Shown here in pieces: positions 26,051 to 34,269 of a DNA stretch of 42,254 bases; position 1 is the stretch's first letter; each line of letters opens with the position of its first letter. A program made the translations under genes and the position numbers. The notes below the pieces were generated by a model. That model was given only the letters and a program-made list of their open reading frames with translations. It did no database searches and was not told the origin of the DNA. The stretch spans positions 1 to 42,254 of the forward strand of contig JAYENX010000021.1 in assembly GCA_034722435.1 (NCBI GenBank). The letters run 5' to 3'. This stretch comes from Nanobdellota archaeon (GTDB lineage Archaea; Nanobdellota; Nanobdellia; Woesearchaeales; JAHWHD01).

Positions 26051-27910
26051 TTATTGAGTTATTATTTTAATTCTTTTTGAAGTGTTTATGTCTAATACTT
26101 TATTTAAAACTATTCTATAATCTTTCTCTCCAAATGGGTCAAACTTTAATGTTTCAGTTATATATCCTGATTTTTTAACTGTTAAGGTAAGTAAAGTATA
26201 ATTCTTGTGAACATCAGGGACGACCCATTGAATTGACCCGTATGCTGATTGGTCAACTTTCCAACTTCTCTTATACATCCATATTCTATCTGTTTCACCA
26301 TTAGCGTCAGTGGTTAATTCTTCTTCTTCGAAGAACATCCACATACCAGCAGAATATGGTCTTGCGGTAGTTCCTTTCTGGGCTCTGGTGACAGTTAGAA
26401 CATTTCCGTTAATAGCAGTGACTTTGATTATTTCATTAACTATTCTGTAATACTTTCCAACTGTGAATGCTGTGCCATCGCTAACAGTCCAGTCGGTCGT
26501 GGTTGTAGTTATAGTTGAATTAACATATTCACCCTCGTCTTGCCAGATAACAGTATCATCACCTTCTCTTAATTCAACTGTTGCTCCTTGAATTGCATCG
26601 CCATTTCTATCTACAATTGTTAAATCTAACGGGTATCGTTCGTATAGCCATATCCAAGAAGTATAAATGCCACCACGAACATATGCTCTATTTGTAGGTG
26701 CTCCGCCACTGGGGAAGGTGCAATTATCTAAAAAGGATTGTTTATCGTTGTTATTGTAGTTATAAGAATTAACGTCGTAAGTCCACCCATAGACAAAATC
26801 TGAATTAGTAATCTTTGCTTGTCGGACAGCATAATGCCAACCGAGAACATATTTAACCGTAATCTTATCTAAAGCAATTATATTATAAGGTCCAAATCCT
26901 TCTGTGCTACCTGGATATAGACAAACATTTTTAAAATCATATTCTCCTGACCCTGTTATTCTGCCGAGAGTTTCAGGGTCATAAATTGTATCATAAAGGG
27001 TGGCAGTATACCCAGTTTGAGGATAAAGGTGCATTCCGTGAGACCTGTTTAAAAAGAGTAAATCGTATGTAGGGACAGCTGAGCCACAGAACATTGCTTC
27101 ATACATCGTCACGCTCCCATAACAGCCACAATAGTGTCCTCCTGCCATTATCCAGATACCACCACGAGTAGGAAATGTAGTATTATTTCCAGTCTTAATG
27201 TGCGAATAATTCATAAACCAATGCTTTCCCCATATTTGAATAAAAACAAATCTTTCTGGAATTACAAAGGTGACTCTATTTGTAGTATTCACAGGTTCAG
27301 GGGTTCTCATAGACGCAGTCATCTTGAGTCCGATAGCTCCTGCACCAGTCACAGTTTCTATTAGTTGAAAAATATAAGTTTTACCATTCGTGACAGCCCA
27401 GTCATATAAATCTTCTGGTGTAAGTTCGTCTGTGTCTAAATTCTTAACTTCAAAACAAGGAACGCCATCAGTCATTAAAGGAGCGGTTGTTAATGTTTTT
27501 GTTCCGTCATCAGTCCACTCCCAACCAGCACCAGACGCAGTCGCTTCGTATCCTTCACGAGCGGCATACATAACAGAACTACTGGCATTCGCCTTAACTA
27601 GGTGAGCAGAAGTGAAAGCATAGTCCCCAGAAACAGTCGTCCTGTAAATCATATAGGCTACACAGTCGCCTGGGTCATCCCAATAAAGTTTAATACTTTT
27701 ATTCACTGCATCACAAGTAGCTGAAACTTCAGTGCAAGGGATTGACCACCAGAATTTACCACTATTACCGCCATAATGTCCTGTGCTTGGACCATAACCA
27801 ACTACCCTATAATAATATGTTGTCCCATCCACTAGAGAACCGCCAGCAACTAATGTCGCCGAAGGATTAGCAGGTGCTGGAATTTCTTTTAAAGTAATCG
27901 TATTTGCCAT
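26051..27910 (-). CDS. virion structural / fibre-like multidomain protein
   Basis: 619 aa. FnIII-like N-terminus (YYYRVVGY...LYWD..YMIYR) and a C-terminal beta-sandwich (GDAIQGATVEL...TTDANGET). Confidence 0.65.
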   Translation of the reverse strand: MANTITLKEIPAPANPSATLVAGGSLVDGTTYYYRVVGYGPSTGHYGGNSGKFWWSIPCTEVSATCDAVNKSIKLYWDDPGDCVAYMIYRTTVSGDYAFTSAHLVKANASSSVMYAAREGYEATASGAGWEWTDDGTKTLTTAPLMTDGVPCFEVKNLDTDELTPEDLYDWAVTNGKTYIFQLIETVTGAGAIGLKMTASMRTPEPVNTTNRVTFVIPERFVFIQIWGKHWFMNYSHIKTGNNTTFPTRGGIWIMAGGHYCGCYGSVTMYEAMFCGSAVPTYDLLFLNRSHGMHLYPQTGYTATLYDTIYDPETLGRITGSGEYDFKNVCLYPGSTEGFGPYNIIALDKITVKYVLGWHYAVRQAKITNSDFVYGWTYDVNSYNYNNNDKQSFLDNCTFPSGGAPTNRAYVRGGIYTSWIWLYERYPLDLTIVDRNGDAIQGATVELREGDDTVIWQDEGEYVNSTITTTTTDWTVSDGTAFTVGKYYRIVNEIIKVTAINGNVLTVTRAQKGTTARPYSAGMWMFFEEEELTTDANGETDRIWMYKRSWKVDQSAYGSIQWVVPDVHKNYTLLTLTVKKSGYITETLKFDPFGEKDYRIVLNKVLDINTSKRIKIITQ

Positions 27911-28176
27911 TACAGATTATTTAAGTCAATTAAATCTGTTTTTAATTCATTTTCTCTTTCTATAAGTTCGCTTTCATTAGCGGAAAATTGAGCGTTCCAG
28001 AGGTCAAGGGTTTCTTGGTCTGGCTTGGTTTTAATTTGTGAAAGGTCTTGGATTTGAGCTCTAACAGCTCCGAGATTGTGCTTGATAGAGATAATCTCGT
28101 CTTTAAGTTTTAGGATTTTATCTCCTGCACGGGTTGTTTTTATTATTTGATTGTCTTTATATTTTGTATATTTCAT
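27910..28176 (-). CDS. hypothetical coiled-coil protein
   Basis: 88-aa ORF with 1-nt overlaps on both sides. Confidence 0.7.
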   Translation of the reverse strand: MKYTKYKDNQIIKTTRAGDKILKLKDEIISIKHNLGAVRAQIQDLSQIKTKPDQETLDLWNAQFSANESELIERENELKTDLIDLNNL

Positions 28177-28550
28177 TATTTGTATTCGTTTATTCTAACT
28201 TTTTTACCTGCTGTGCCACAGATAATATATAAATTAGCTTTAATCTCGCCGTTCCAGTGTCCCCCAGCTGGAAGTAGATCACCTGTTGAAGTGGTCACAC
28301 TGCTATCTCCATGATACATATCTGTATCACTTCCATTATATAAGGATATTGTTCGTCTGTTAGACATTTCAGAGGCAGGACACTTATAGGCAGTATCAGC
28401 GTCTGTAAGAGTTAAAAGAGTAGTGATAATGGAGTCAAGAGGTTTAATTTCATCAATAATATCGTCCTGTTTTTCTTCTGTAGCAGGAGTGGACTGTGGA
28501 ACTAATCCACCCTGGACTTTAGTTTCTATTTTTGTAGGTAATCTTCCCAT
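28176..28550 (-). CDS. small virion beta-sandwich protein
   Basis: 124 aa, beta-rich C-terminal domain; located in the structural operon. Confidence 0.6.
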   Translation of the reverse strand: MGRLPTKIETKVQGGLVPQSTPATEEKQDDIIDEIKPLDSIITTLLTLTDADTAYKCPASEMSNRRTISLYNGSDTDMYHGDSSVTTSTGDLLPAGGHWNGEIKANLYIICGTAGKKVRINEYK

Positions 28551-28553
28551 AGT

Positions 28554-29393
28554 TTATAGTGTTATTTTTACGCCGGCCTCTTTATAGAATTTTGTAACGC
28601 TCTTTTCTCTTTCCTGTATTCTTAGCTCTTTATTGTGTAGATCTAGTTTCTTTTTGTCTAAAGTTTTGTCTTCTGCTTTCTTCTCATCTAATCGGGTTGT
28701 TAGTGTTTTAACATCGTTATTCATTTGATTGATAATTAACTGAATATCTTTCTTAGTGAGATTACTGATTTGAATATTCTTTTTACTGAGATCCAGTGTT
28801 TCGCGGTTTAGAGCGATATCAAGGTTTATTTCTTTTAATAGCTTTGATTTGTTAGCTATGTCTTTATTTAACCAATTCAATTTCTTTATTGCCTCCACTT
28901 CTTGGGATGCGAAATTATTAGTGATATTAGTTATCTCGGTAATAAGATTATCTCTTACTCTGGTTCGATTCTTGATTGGTTCATTTAGACTTTTGATTTG
29001 TGAATATTGATCCTTGATCTTAATAGCTTGTTGATCGATAGTTTCTTTCTGAGTTTTATTGAGAGTCTTAAAGTTTTCATCGTTAGTCTTCTTCTGTTCG
29101 GCTAAGATAGAATTAAGATTCTTTTCTTCTTGCGCAGTTTTTAACTTTAATCCATCTAGTTTCTTGGTTTCATTAGCAATAGCTTTCTTTATTTCTTTAC
29201 TATTATTAGCTAAAGAGATGTTCCCTTTAATTAATCTATCCCCTTCAGCAAAAAGAGTAAAAAGGTTATTACTCTCTTCTTTTATCTTACTCCCAATATT
29301 AGCTAATTCTTGTTTAGCTAGGTTAGTAGTATCGGATAGTTGTTCTAAAACAACCTTCTTTTTAATTTTAGGCGCTCTATTTGCTTTAAACAT
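28554..29393 (-). CDS. long coiled-coil protein
   Basis: 279 aa with continuous heptad-like Leu/Ile-Lys/Glu/Asn pattern. Confidence 0.7.
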   Translation of the reverse strand: MFKANRAPKIKKKVVLEQLSDTTNLAKQELANIGSKIKEESNNLFTLFAEGDRLIKGNISLANNSKEIKKAIANETKKLDGLKLKTAQEEKNLNSILAEQKKTNDENFKTLNKTQKETIDQQAIKIKDQYSQIKSLNEPIKNRTRVRDNLITEITNITNNFASQEVEAIKKLNWLNKDIANKSKLLKEINLDIALNRETLDLSKKNIQISNLTKKDIQLIINQMNNDVKTLTTRLDEKKAEDKTLDKKKLDLHNKELRIQEREKSVTKFYKEAGVKITL

Positions 29394-29404
29394 AAAGACT
29401 ATTT

Positions 29405-29794
29405 TTACCTATTAAATAATTTGACGTTAACAGTAACAGCTCCGGCAACATAGCTAGAAACCTTGAAATTGATCCACCGGAAGTTGTTAGAATTAGTAAC
29501 GAAGTTTCTAACAGCGTCTGTGCCGGAATAAACAATACCAGTGTCACCATCGATGATGTCTCCATTCTCTGCGTCAAAAACCTGTAGATAATCCCATTCA
29601 TTATCTACAGCAGCAGCAGAATCAAAGTCCGGGCATGCTTCGTTGTCCGAAATCTGAACTGAAAGCTTTAAATTAGCGCTACTCGCTGTTGATACAGAGA
29701 AGTTACAGTCTTTGTACTCCTCACCTCTGATGACTATACCAGAGCCATTAGCGGCTTTGGCGTCTAATGCTTTTACTCTGTTGTTTCCAAACAT
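29405..29794 (-). CDS. small virion beta-sandwich protein
   Basis: 129 aa, alternating beta pattern ending FRWINFKVSSYVAGAVTV. Confidence 0.6.
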   Translation of the reverse strand: MFGNNRVKALDAKAANGSGIVIRGEEYKDCNFSVSTASSANLKLSVQISDNEACPDFDSAAAVDNEWDYLQVFDAENGDIIDGDTGIVYSGTDAVRNFVTNSNNFRWINFKVSSYVAGAVTVNVKLFNR

Positions 29795-29836
29795 AAATTT
29801 TTAGTTTAGTTTATTAAATAATTTGATAACTCAGGC

Positions 29837-29867
29837 CAGAACCTAAACTGTTATTGCTTAGGTTCTG
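29837..29867. terminator. perfect 10-bp hairpin (terminator or processing/stability element)
   Basis: CAGAACCTAA-11 nt-TTAGGTTCTG in an intergenic gap. No U-tract directly follows on the minus strand. Confidence 0.4.
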
Positions 29868-29875
29868 TATCTCAG

Positions 29876-30010
29876 CTATAAAATACTTTCAGTAGTAGAT
29901 CCATCCTTAAGTGTAGTTACAAGAATATCTTCGCCGTCTTCTCTTTTGACGATTTTATTCTCAACTGACTTAAGTTTTTTCTTGGATTTCTTGTTACTAT
30001 TTTTATTCAT
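29876..30010 (-). CDS. small basic protein (44 aa)
   Basis: Hand-translated MNKNSNKKSKKKLKSVENKIVKREDGEDILVTTLKDGSTTESIL. Confidence 0.55.
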   Translation of the reverse strand: MNKNSNKKSKKKLKSVENKIVKREDGEDILVTTLKDGSTTESIL

Positions 30011-30019
30011 AAGTTAATT

Positions 30020-31045
30020 TTAAGCAGCTTGAACAGCTAAATTAGAAGTTGCAGCAGTTGGAACCGCACCAGATACGTAGATACCCACGTTGTTAGGTGA
30101 AGCAGCAACATTGGTACATCCAATAAAGGAATTAGTTGCATCGATATTGAACATAAGTTCATTACCGGAACCAGCGCTGAATGCGTTGGTTATTGCAGTA
30201 CCTGCAGCAGCAGTGGACCAATTATTAAAGTGACAACCTTTGAATGAACAATACCTTTGTCCGTCGCCGGTAGCATTCACTTTAAAGAATAAAGCATCTG
30301 CTGAACTTGAATACTTAACAAAATTACATCCGATGAAGTTGTTATCTAACATTCCAGTCGTTCCAACGATCTTGTCAACAAGAACAGTTGCTCGAGCGAC
30401 TGAAACTAATACAGTAGCAGCTCCAAATTCGCAATCACGCCAAGTAGTTGAATCGCCTTCTGCGACTACATCGGCAGCAGCAGTTTGATCTAGGTCAGTT
30501 GTCTTTAAGAAAGAACAATTTTCATAGAGTGCAAACTCGCCAGCTTCGATATGGCCATAAAGACTTTCAGCTTTAGTATTAGAACTCATGAATTTAATAT
30601 TCCGGAAAGAGTTTCTAACACCGGTGTTTTTGACTGGGGCTAAATCAGTAGCGGCAGTCGTAACTCCCATGCTAAGTTTAGCGCCATGTCCAGTTTGTCT
30701 TCCACCGCCATCAGCTCCCATGAAGTTGCATCTATTTTTAGAAATGGTAAGCATGCTAGTTAAAGTATGAGTACCATGTCCACCAAAGATACAAAGATCA
30801 TTTTGATTACTAGTCATAGCAGCATATCCGGCAGAAGCACTATTATAGACAGCTTCGATCACACCACCAGCCTCGTCTAAATAAGCTGGGTGTTCGTTTT
30901 TAAACTTCTCATAACCTTGATCACTAGTATTCATTACCCAGAATACACGACCAGTGAGTAAGAGAGGTTTAGGACTTCGTGAGGCCAGTTCTGGCTGCAT
31001 TAGACGCAGATAGAGCTCTCTCACGATTCTTCCAACATAGTTCAT
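30020..31045 (-). CDS. right-handed beta-helix (pectate lyase-like fold) capsid-associated protein
   Basis: Repeated N/C-x-F stacks (ENCSF, RDCEF, IGCNF, KGCHF). Start placed at ATG 31045, which is preceded by GAGGT. Confidence 0.65.
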   Translation of the reverse strand: MNYVGRIVRELYLRLMQPELASRSPKPLLLTGRVFWVMNTSDQGYEKFKNEHPAYLDEAGGVIEAVYNSASAGYAAMTSNQNDLCIFGGHGTHTLTSMLTISKNRCNFMGADGGGRQTGHGAKLSMGVTTAATDLAPVKNTGVRNSFRNIKFMSSNTKAESLYGHIEAGEFALYENCSFLKTTDLDQTAAADVVAEGDSTTWRDCEFGAATVLVSVARATVLVDKIVGTTGMLDNNFIGCNFVKYSSSADALFFKVNATGDGQRYCSFKGCHFNNWSTAAAGTAITNAFSAGSGNELMFNIDATNSFIGCTNVAASPNNVGIYVSGAVPTAATSNLAVQAA

Positions 31046-31049
31046 AACT

Positions 31050-31115
31050 ATACCTCGTAAGCTGAGCAGAAGCGCCCTGTCCACGCTCTCAGCTTAATAA
31101 AAATTAAAGACAGGA
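31050..31115 (-). promoter_or_regulatory. structured 5' leader, possible pseudoknot
   Basis: GCTGAG-AGCG-TGGACAGGG-CGCT-TCTG-CTCAGC hairpin. Upstream TCCTGTCT is complementary to loop GGACAGGG. Confidence 0.45.
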
Positions 31116-31121
31116 TTATTA

Positions 31122-31589
31122 CTAACTAAATGGCCAGCAAGCAAAGGTTGCGTTGAAATAATTACAAGTCACGCTCCCAGTATCTAATGCAGTTGTGCCA
31201 AAAGTAAAGTCAGATCCTGAACCATTCTCAATTAAGAGCCAACCAATAACAGCTTCGTCATCAGCGGATGGTGCAGTTGGCCAAGTGATCCCAGCAATAG
31301 TGGTAGCAGCGGTTCCAAAATGTGCTGATTTATTACCATCAACATCGACAGTAAATACAACAACATTTTTATAACCGTCTGAAAGGACACCACCAGAAGT
31401 TAATGCAGCCATATCACATGCAGCTAATTCATATAACACTCCATCATAAGTGTAATATACATCATTAGCAGTTTTGACTAGCGCAGAACTCCCAGTTTTG
31501 ATTGCTAAGCCACCAGAGTTCATGACATGGTTATTCAACGGATTTAAAAGTTCACGTTGATTTAAACCACCTACAGGATTGATGATCAT
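31122..31589 (-). CDS. head decoration / minor capsid protein-like
   Basis: 155 aa, Ala/Gly/Thr-rich and beta-rich, two genes after the MCP. Confidence 0.55.
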   Translation of the reverse strand: MIINPVGGLNQRELLNPLNNHVMNSGGLAIKTGSSALVKTANDVYYTYDGVLYELAACDMAALTSGGVLSDGYKNVVVFTVDVDGNKSAHFGTAATTIAGITWPTAPSADDEAVIGWLLIENGSGSDFTFGTTALDTGSVTCNYFNATFACWPFS

Positions 31590-31619
31590 AAAATCTAATG
31601 ATTAATTAATTAATTACGT

Positions 31620-32192
31620 TTACTCATCTGAAAATCGAGAATGTTTTGCTTTAGCGTCTGCAAATGCTTGAGTAGTCTGTTTTTCTGAGTTAAATATTAC
31701 TGTGGCAATCTGTTCCGGCACATAAGCATAGATACCCTTGCGAATATCAACTTTGTAGCCATTCAAGGTAACTGTTTTTACAGTATCACCTCTATCACCT
31801 ATTTCTCTCGGAATATAGACTTGCTTAAGCGGTTGAGATTTAAGCTCCTTATCCATTATTTCAGCTTTCTTAGATCCGACTGGATATTTATGAACAAAGA
31901 TACCATCTTGTTCCTTCCAATTATCTGGTAAGTCTTTGCTCTGGAGTTTTAAAGCACTATTGACCGCAAGAGAAAATTCTTTAGTAGGAATATTATATTT
32001 ATTCTTTAGCTTTTCTAAAGGGGTTAATTTCTTTTCCTCTTTTGGTTTATTAGTTGTTTCCTCGATTTTTGTCTCTACTGGTTTGGATAGAGCCTTGATC
32101 AAAGGAATTCTTTCAAGACTCTCCCAACCTTCTATTCCTTTGGATTCAGCTAGTTTTCTTAAAACAGCTGTTTTAGTATTGTATAAATTCAT
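31620..32192 (-). CDS. conserved post-capsid protein with N-terminal Rho-N/HeH-like helical motif
   Basis: TKTAVLRKLAESKGIEGWESLERIPLIKAL, plus C-terminal VTLNGYKVDIRKGIYAYVPEQIA. Confidence 0.65.
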   Translation of the reverse strand: MNLYNTKTAVLRKLAESKGIEGWESLERIPLIKALSKPVETKIEETTNKPKEEKKLTPLEKLKNKYNIPTKEFSLAVNSALKLQSKDLPDNWKEQDGIFVHKYPVGSKKAEIMDKELKSQPLKQVYIPREIGDRGDTVKTVTLNGYKVDIRKGIYAYVPEQIATVIFNSEKQTTQAFADAKAKHSRFSDE

Positions 32193-32204
32193 AAGAATTT
32201 AGGT

Positions 32205-33167
32205 TTATGCAGATACTGCATGGTAAATGGCAACCATAAATGCGTCGTTAAGAATCTTAGCAGTAAAATCACCTTTCCAAGCATAAGTAGTGCGTTGATG
32301 TAAAGGATCAGATCCGCCACCTGCTGGAGTAATGTACTTGTGCAAGGATTGTCCATCAACTTCTACTGTACCATAGGCGTTCATAGCGAGAATAATAGTA
32401 CGATAGACATCGATGCTACTTGCACCGGCACTTGCGCCAACGTATGCTTCAGTGGTTTCAATCACACGAACTTCATCAATATAACCAACTTCGCCTTCAT
32501 AGATACCGATTTGGCCAGCGTAGTCTTTGACATCTGTCCAGCCATCAGCATTTTTAAGGTCTCGGACGGTTTTTTGATGAGCGATAGCAATATAAGCGGC
32601 TGGTACAGAAGTGGTGCCAAATTTGTTTTCAGCATTAATCTGATTAGTCATCTTTCTTGCTTTCGCAGTTTTTAAGGTTAATACAGCTTCTTGGATTTCT
32701 TCCAAGTTCAATTTCATACCACTAGCAACAGTTGCTTCTGAAGTTGCACTGGCGGCAAACTGTTGAGTAGTAGTAGCTGCTAAAATATCTCTAGTTAACT
32801 CATCGTAGGTTTCACGTGCTTGATAGGATAAAATATCTGCTGTTTCATTAAGGATTGGATCAGAGGTAGTGTACTTAACAACGTCGGTAATTTTAATATA
32901 ATCACCATATTGATAAGTTGAGCAGGTCAAGCTAGTGACAGTCAACTGACTGCCAGTTGGAGTGACACCTTCGGTGAGTGGAGTAGTTGCCGGAGATAAA
33001 AATGAATATCTGCGGAATTTAATGGTTTTGGTCCCTGAGTTAGCTGGGATCTTTTTAACTTGAGCAAATTGCTTATGTACAAAAAGAGCTCTAGCTTTAA
33101 TTAACATTATGCGATCATAATAGTTATTTACTGAATCAGGGATTTCGTTAATTGTAGTATTCCCCAT
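32205..33167 (-). CDS. major capsid protein, N4-gp56 family
   Basis: IPANSGTKTIKFRRY, LTEGVTP.G, QYGDYIKITD, GEVG..DEVRVIET and DPLHQRTTYAWK are characteristic of this family. Confidence 0.92.
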   Translation of the reverse strand: MGNTTINEIPDSVNNYYDRIMLIKARALFVHKQFAQVKKIPANSGTKTIKFRRYSFLSPATTPLTEGVTPTGSQLTVTSLTCSTYQYGDYIKITDVVKYTTSDPILNETADILSYQARETYDELTRDILAATTTQQFAASATSEATVASGMKLNLEEIQEAVLTLKTAKARKMTNQINAENKFGTTSVPAAYIAIAHQKTVRDLKNADGWTDVKDYAGQIGIYEGEVGYIDEVRVIETTEAYVGASAGASSIDVYRTIILAMNAYGTVEVDGQSLHKYITPAGGGSDPLHQRTTYAWKGDFTAKILNDAFMVAIYHAVSA

Positions 33168-33185
33168 ATTGATAAATTAAATTAA

Positions 33186-33863
33186 TTAAGCGTTCTTCCT
33201 TTGCTTATCATGGTACTTTAGTATTTCTGCGTCAGACATTTCTGCTGTTCCTTCTTTTTCTGTACCTTTTCCGTCTGATCCTGAGATGTTTTCTGATTTT
33301 GCTTGATTGACTTTGTCTTCCTTAGCCATTTTGGCTAGGTTAGCTTCGCCAGCAAGAGCGAAATATGCATCTCTAGCAGGAATACCTGGCCATAACTTCA
33401 TCCTAGAGCGGATATGTTTTTCAAGTTTTTCGGCTTCAGGATGCTTAGTGAATAGTCTGCCTATTTCTTGATCAACAGTTAGGGTCTCAAGTTGGTCACG
33501 ATAAGCTGGATCTACGTTTGGTTGACCTTTGGTCTCCTTTTTGTTCTTGTCTTTGTTCTTGTTGTCAGTATCGAAATCAAATTCGTCATCTTTCTTTTGT
33601 AAATTCTCTTCAATCTTATCTAATCGTCTATTCAGTTTGTCTGTTTGACGTTCTTTGACGTAATCACTAACTGACTTACGAACAACTGGTTCTTTGTACT
33701 CAAAACCTTTTTCTTCTTTAACATCTTTCTGTTCGCTTTCTTTTTCGGTTTTACTCCCAGTTTCTTTCTCAGTGTTATCCTGAGCACTGGCAGGTTGAGT
33801 ACCCTCCTTTTTTTCCGGTGGAGTTCCGGTCTCAGAGTTAACCTCTGGCTTGATTTCTGTCAT
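33186..33863 (-). CDS. capsid scaffolding protein
   Basis: Highly charged, low-complexity 225-aa protein directly before the MCP. Confidence 0.75.
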   Translation of the reverse strand: MTEIKPEVNSETGTPPEKKEGTQPASAQDNTEKETGSKTEKESEQKDVKEEKGFEYKEPVVRKSVSDYVKERQTDKLNRRLDKIEENLQKKDDEFDFDTDNKNKDKNKKETKGQPNVDPAYRDQLETLTVDQEIGRLFTKHPEAEKLEKHIRSRMKLWPGIPARDAYFALAGEANLAKMAKEDKVNQAKSENISGSDGKGTEKEGTAEMSDAEILKYHDKQRKNA

Positions 33864-33878
33864 ATTTATGGGTTGATT

Positions 33879-33964
33879 ACTCGCTGGGCATATTCGGGAT
33901 GACGAGTCCCTCTTCCAGCGGAAGTCCCTTGCGGGTCTCCCAAGTTTGAGTGATGGGGATCACT
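33879..33964 (-). promoter_or_regulatory. GC-rich multi-stem RNA leader upstream of the scaffold gene
   Basis: AGTGAT-CCCC-ATCACT hairpin; TGGG/CCCA closes CCC-GCAA-GGG, CTTCC-GCT-GGAAG and GGGA-CTCGTCA-TCCC; downstream CGAGT can pair with ACTCG. Confidence 0.55.
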
Positions 33965-33966
33965 AC

Positions 33967-34269
33967 TTATTTGTAAGGATCAAAACTCTCGACTGAGTCT
34001 TTCCTATTACAATTATTACGAAGTTCTTCTATAAATTTTCTAGGGTAATTCTTCATCTCAATAAAATGTTTTAAAAGGGCTTGTTCGTATTCCATTTCTA
34101 TGGGTGATGGAAATTTAGAAGTACATAATTTATGTGTAGAGCGTTCAGCTAAAGCATCAAGAGATTTGCATAATAATATCCATCCCGGATGCTTTAATAA
34201 ATCTTCCATGTTAGTGATATTGGTCTTGTCTTTATCGCTTAATTTGTCTTGGCTATTATTTAATGGCAT
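33967..34269 (-). CDS. small head protein between portal and scaffold (Bbp19-like position)
   Basis: 100 aa, HPGWILL..., amphipathic helices; typical podovirus position. Confidence 0.6.
   Translation of the reverse strand: MPLNNSQDKLSDKDKTNITNMEDLLKHPGWILLCKSLDALAERSTHKLCTSKFPSPIEMEYEQALLKHFIEMKNYPRKFIEELRNNCNRKDSVESFDPYK

Noticed and set aside
32193-32230. T7-style capsid frameshift or read-through extension
   Set aside because: The MCP ends in TAA with a second in-frame TAA two codons later, and no slippery heptamer is present.
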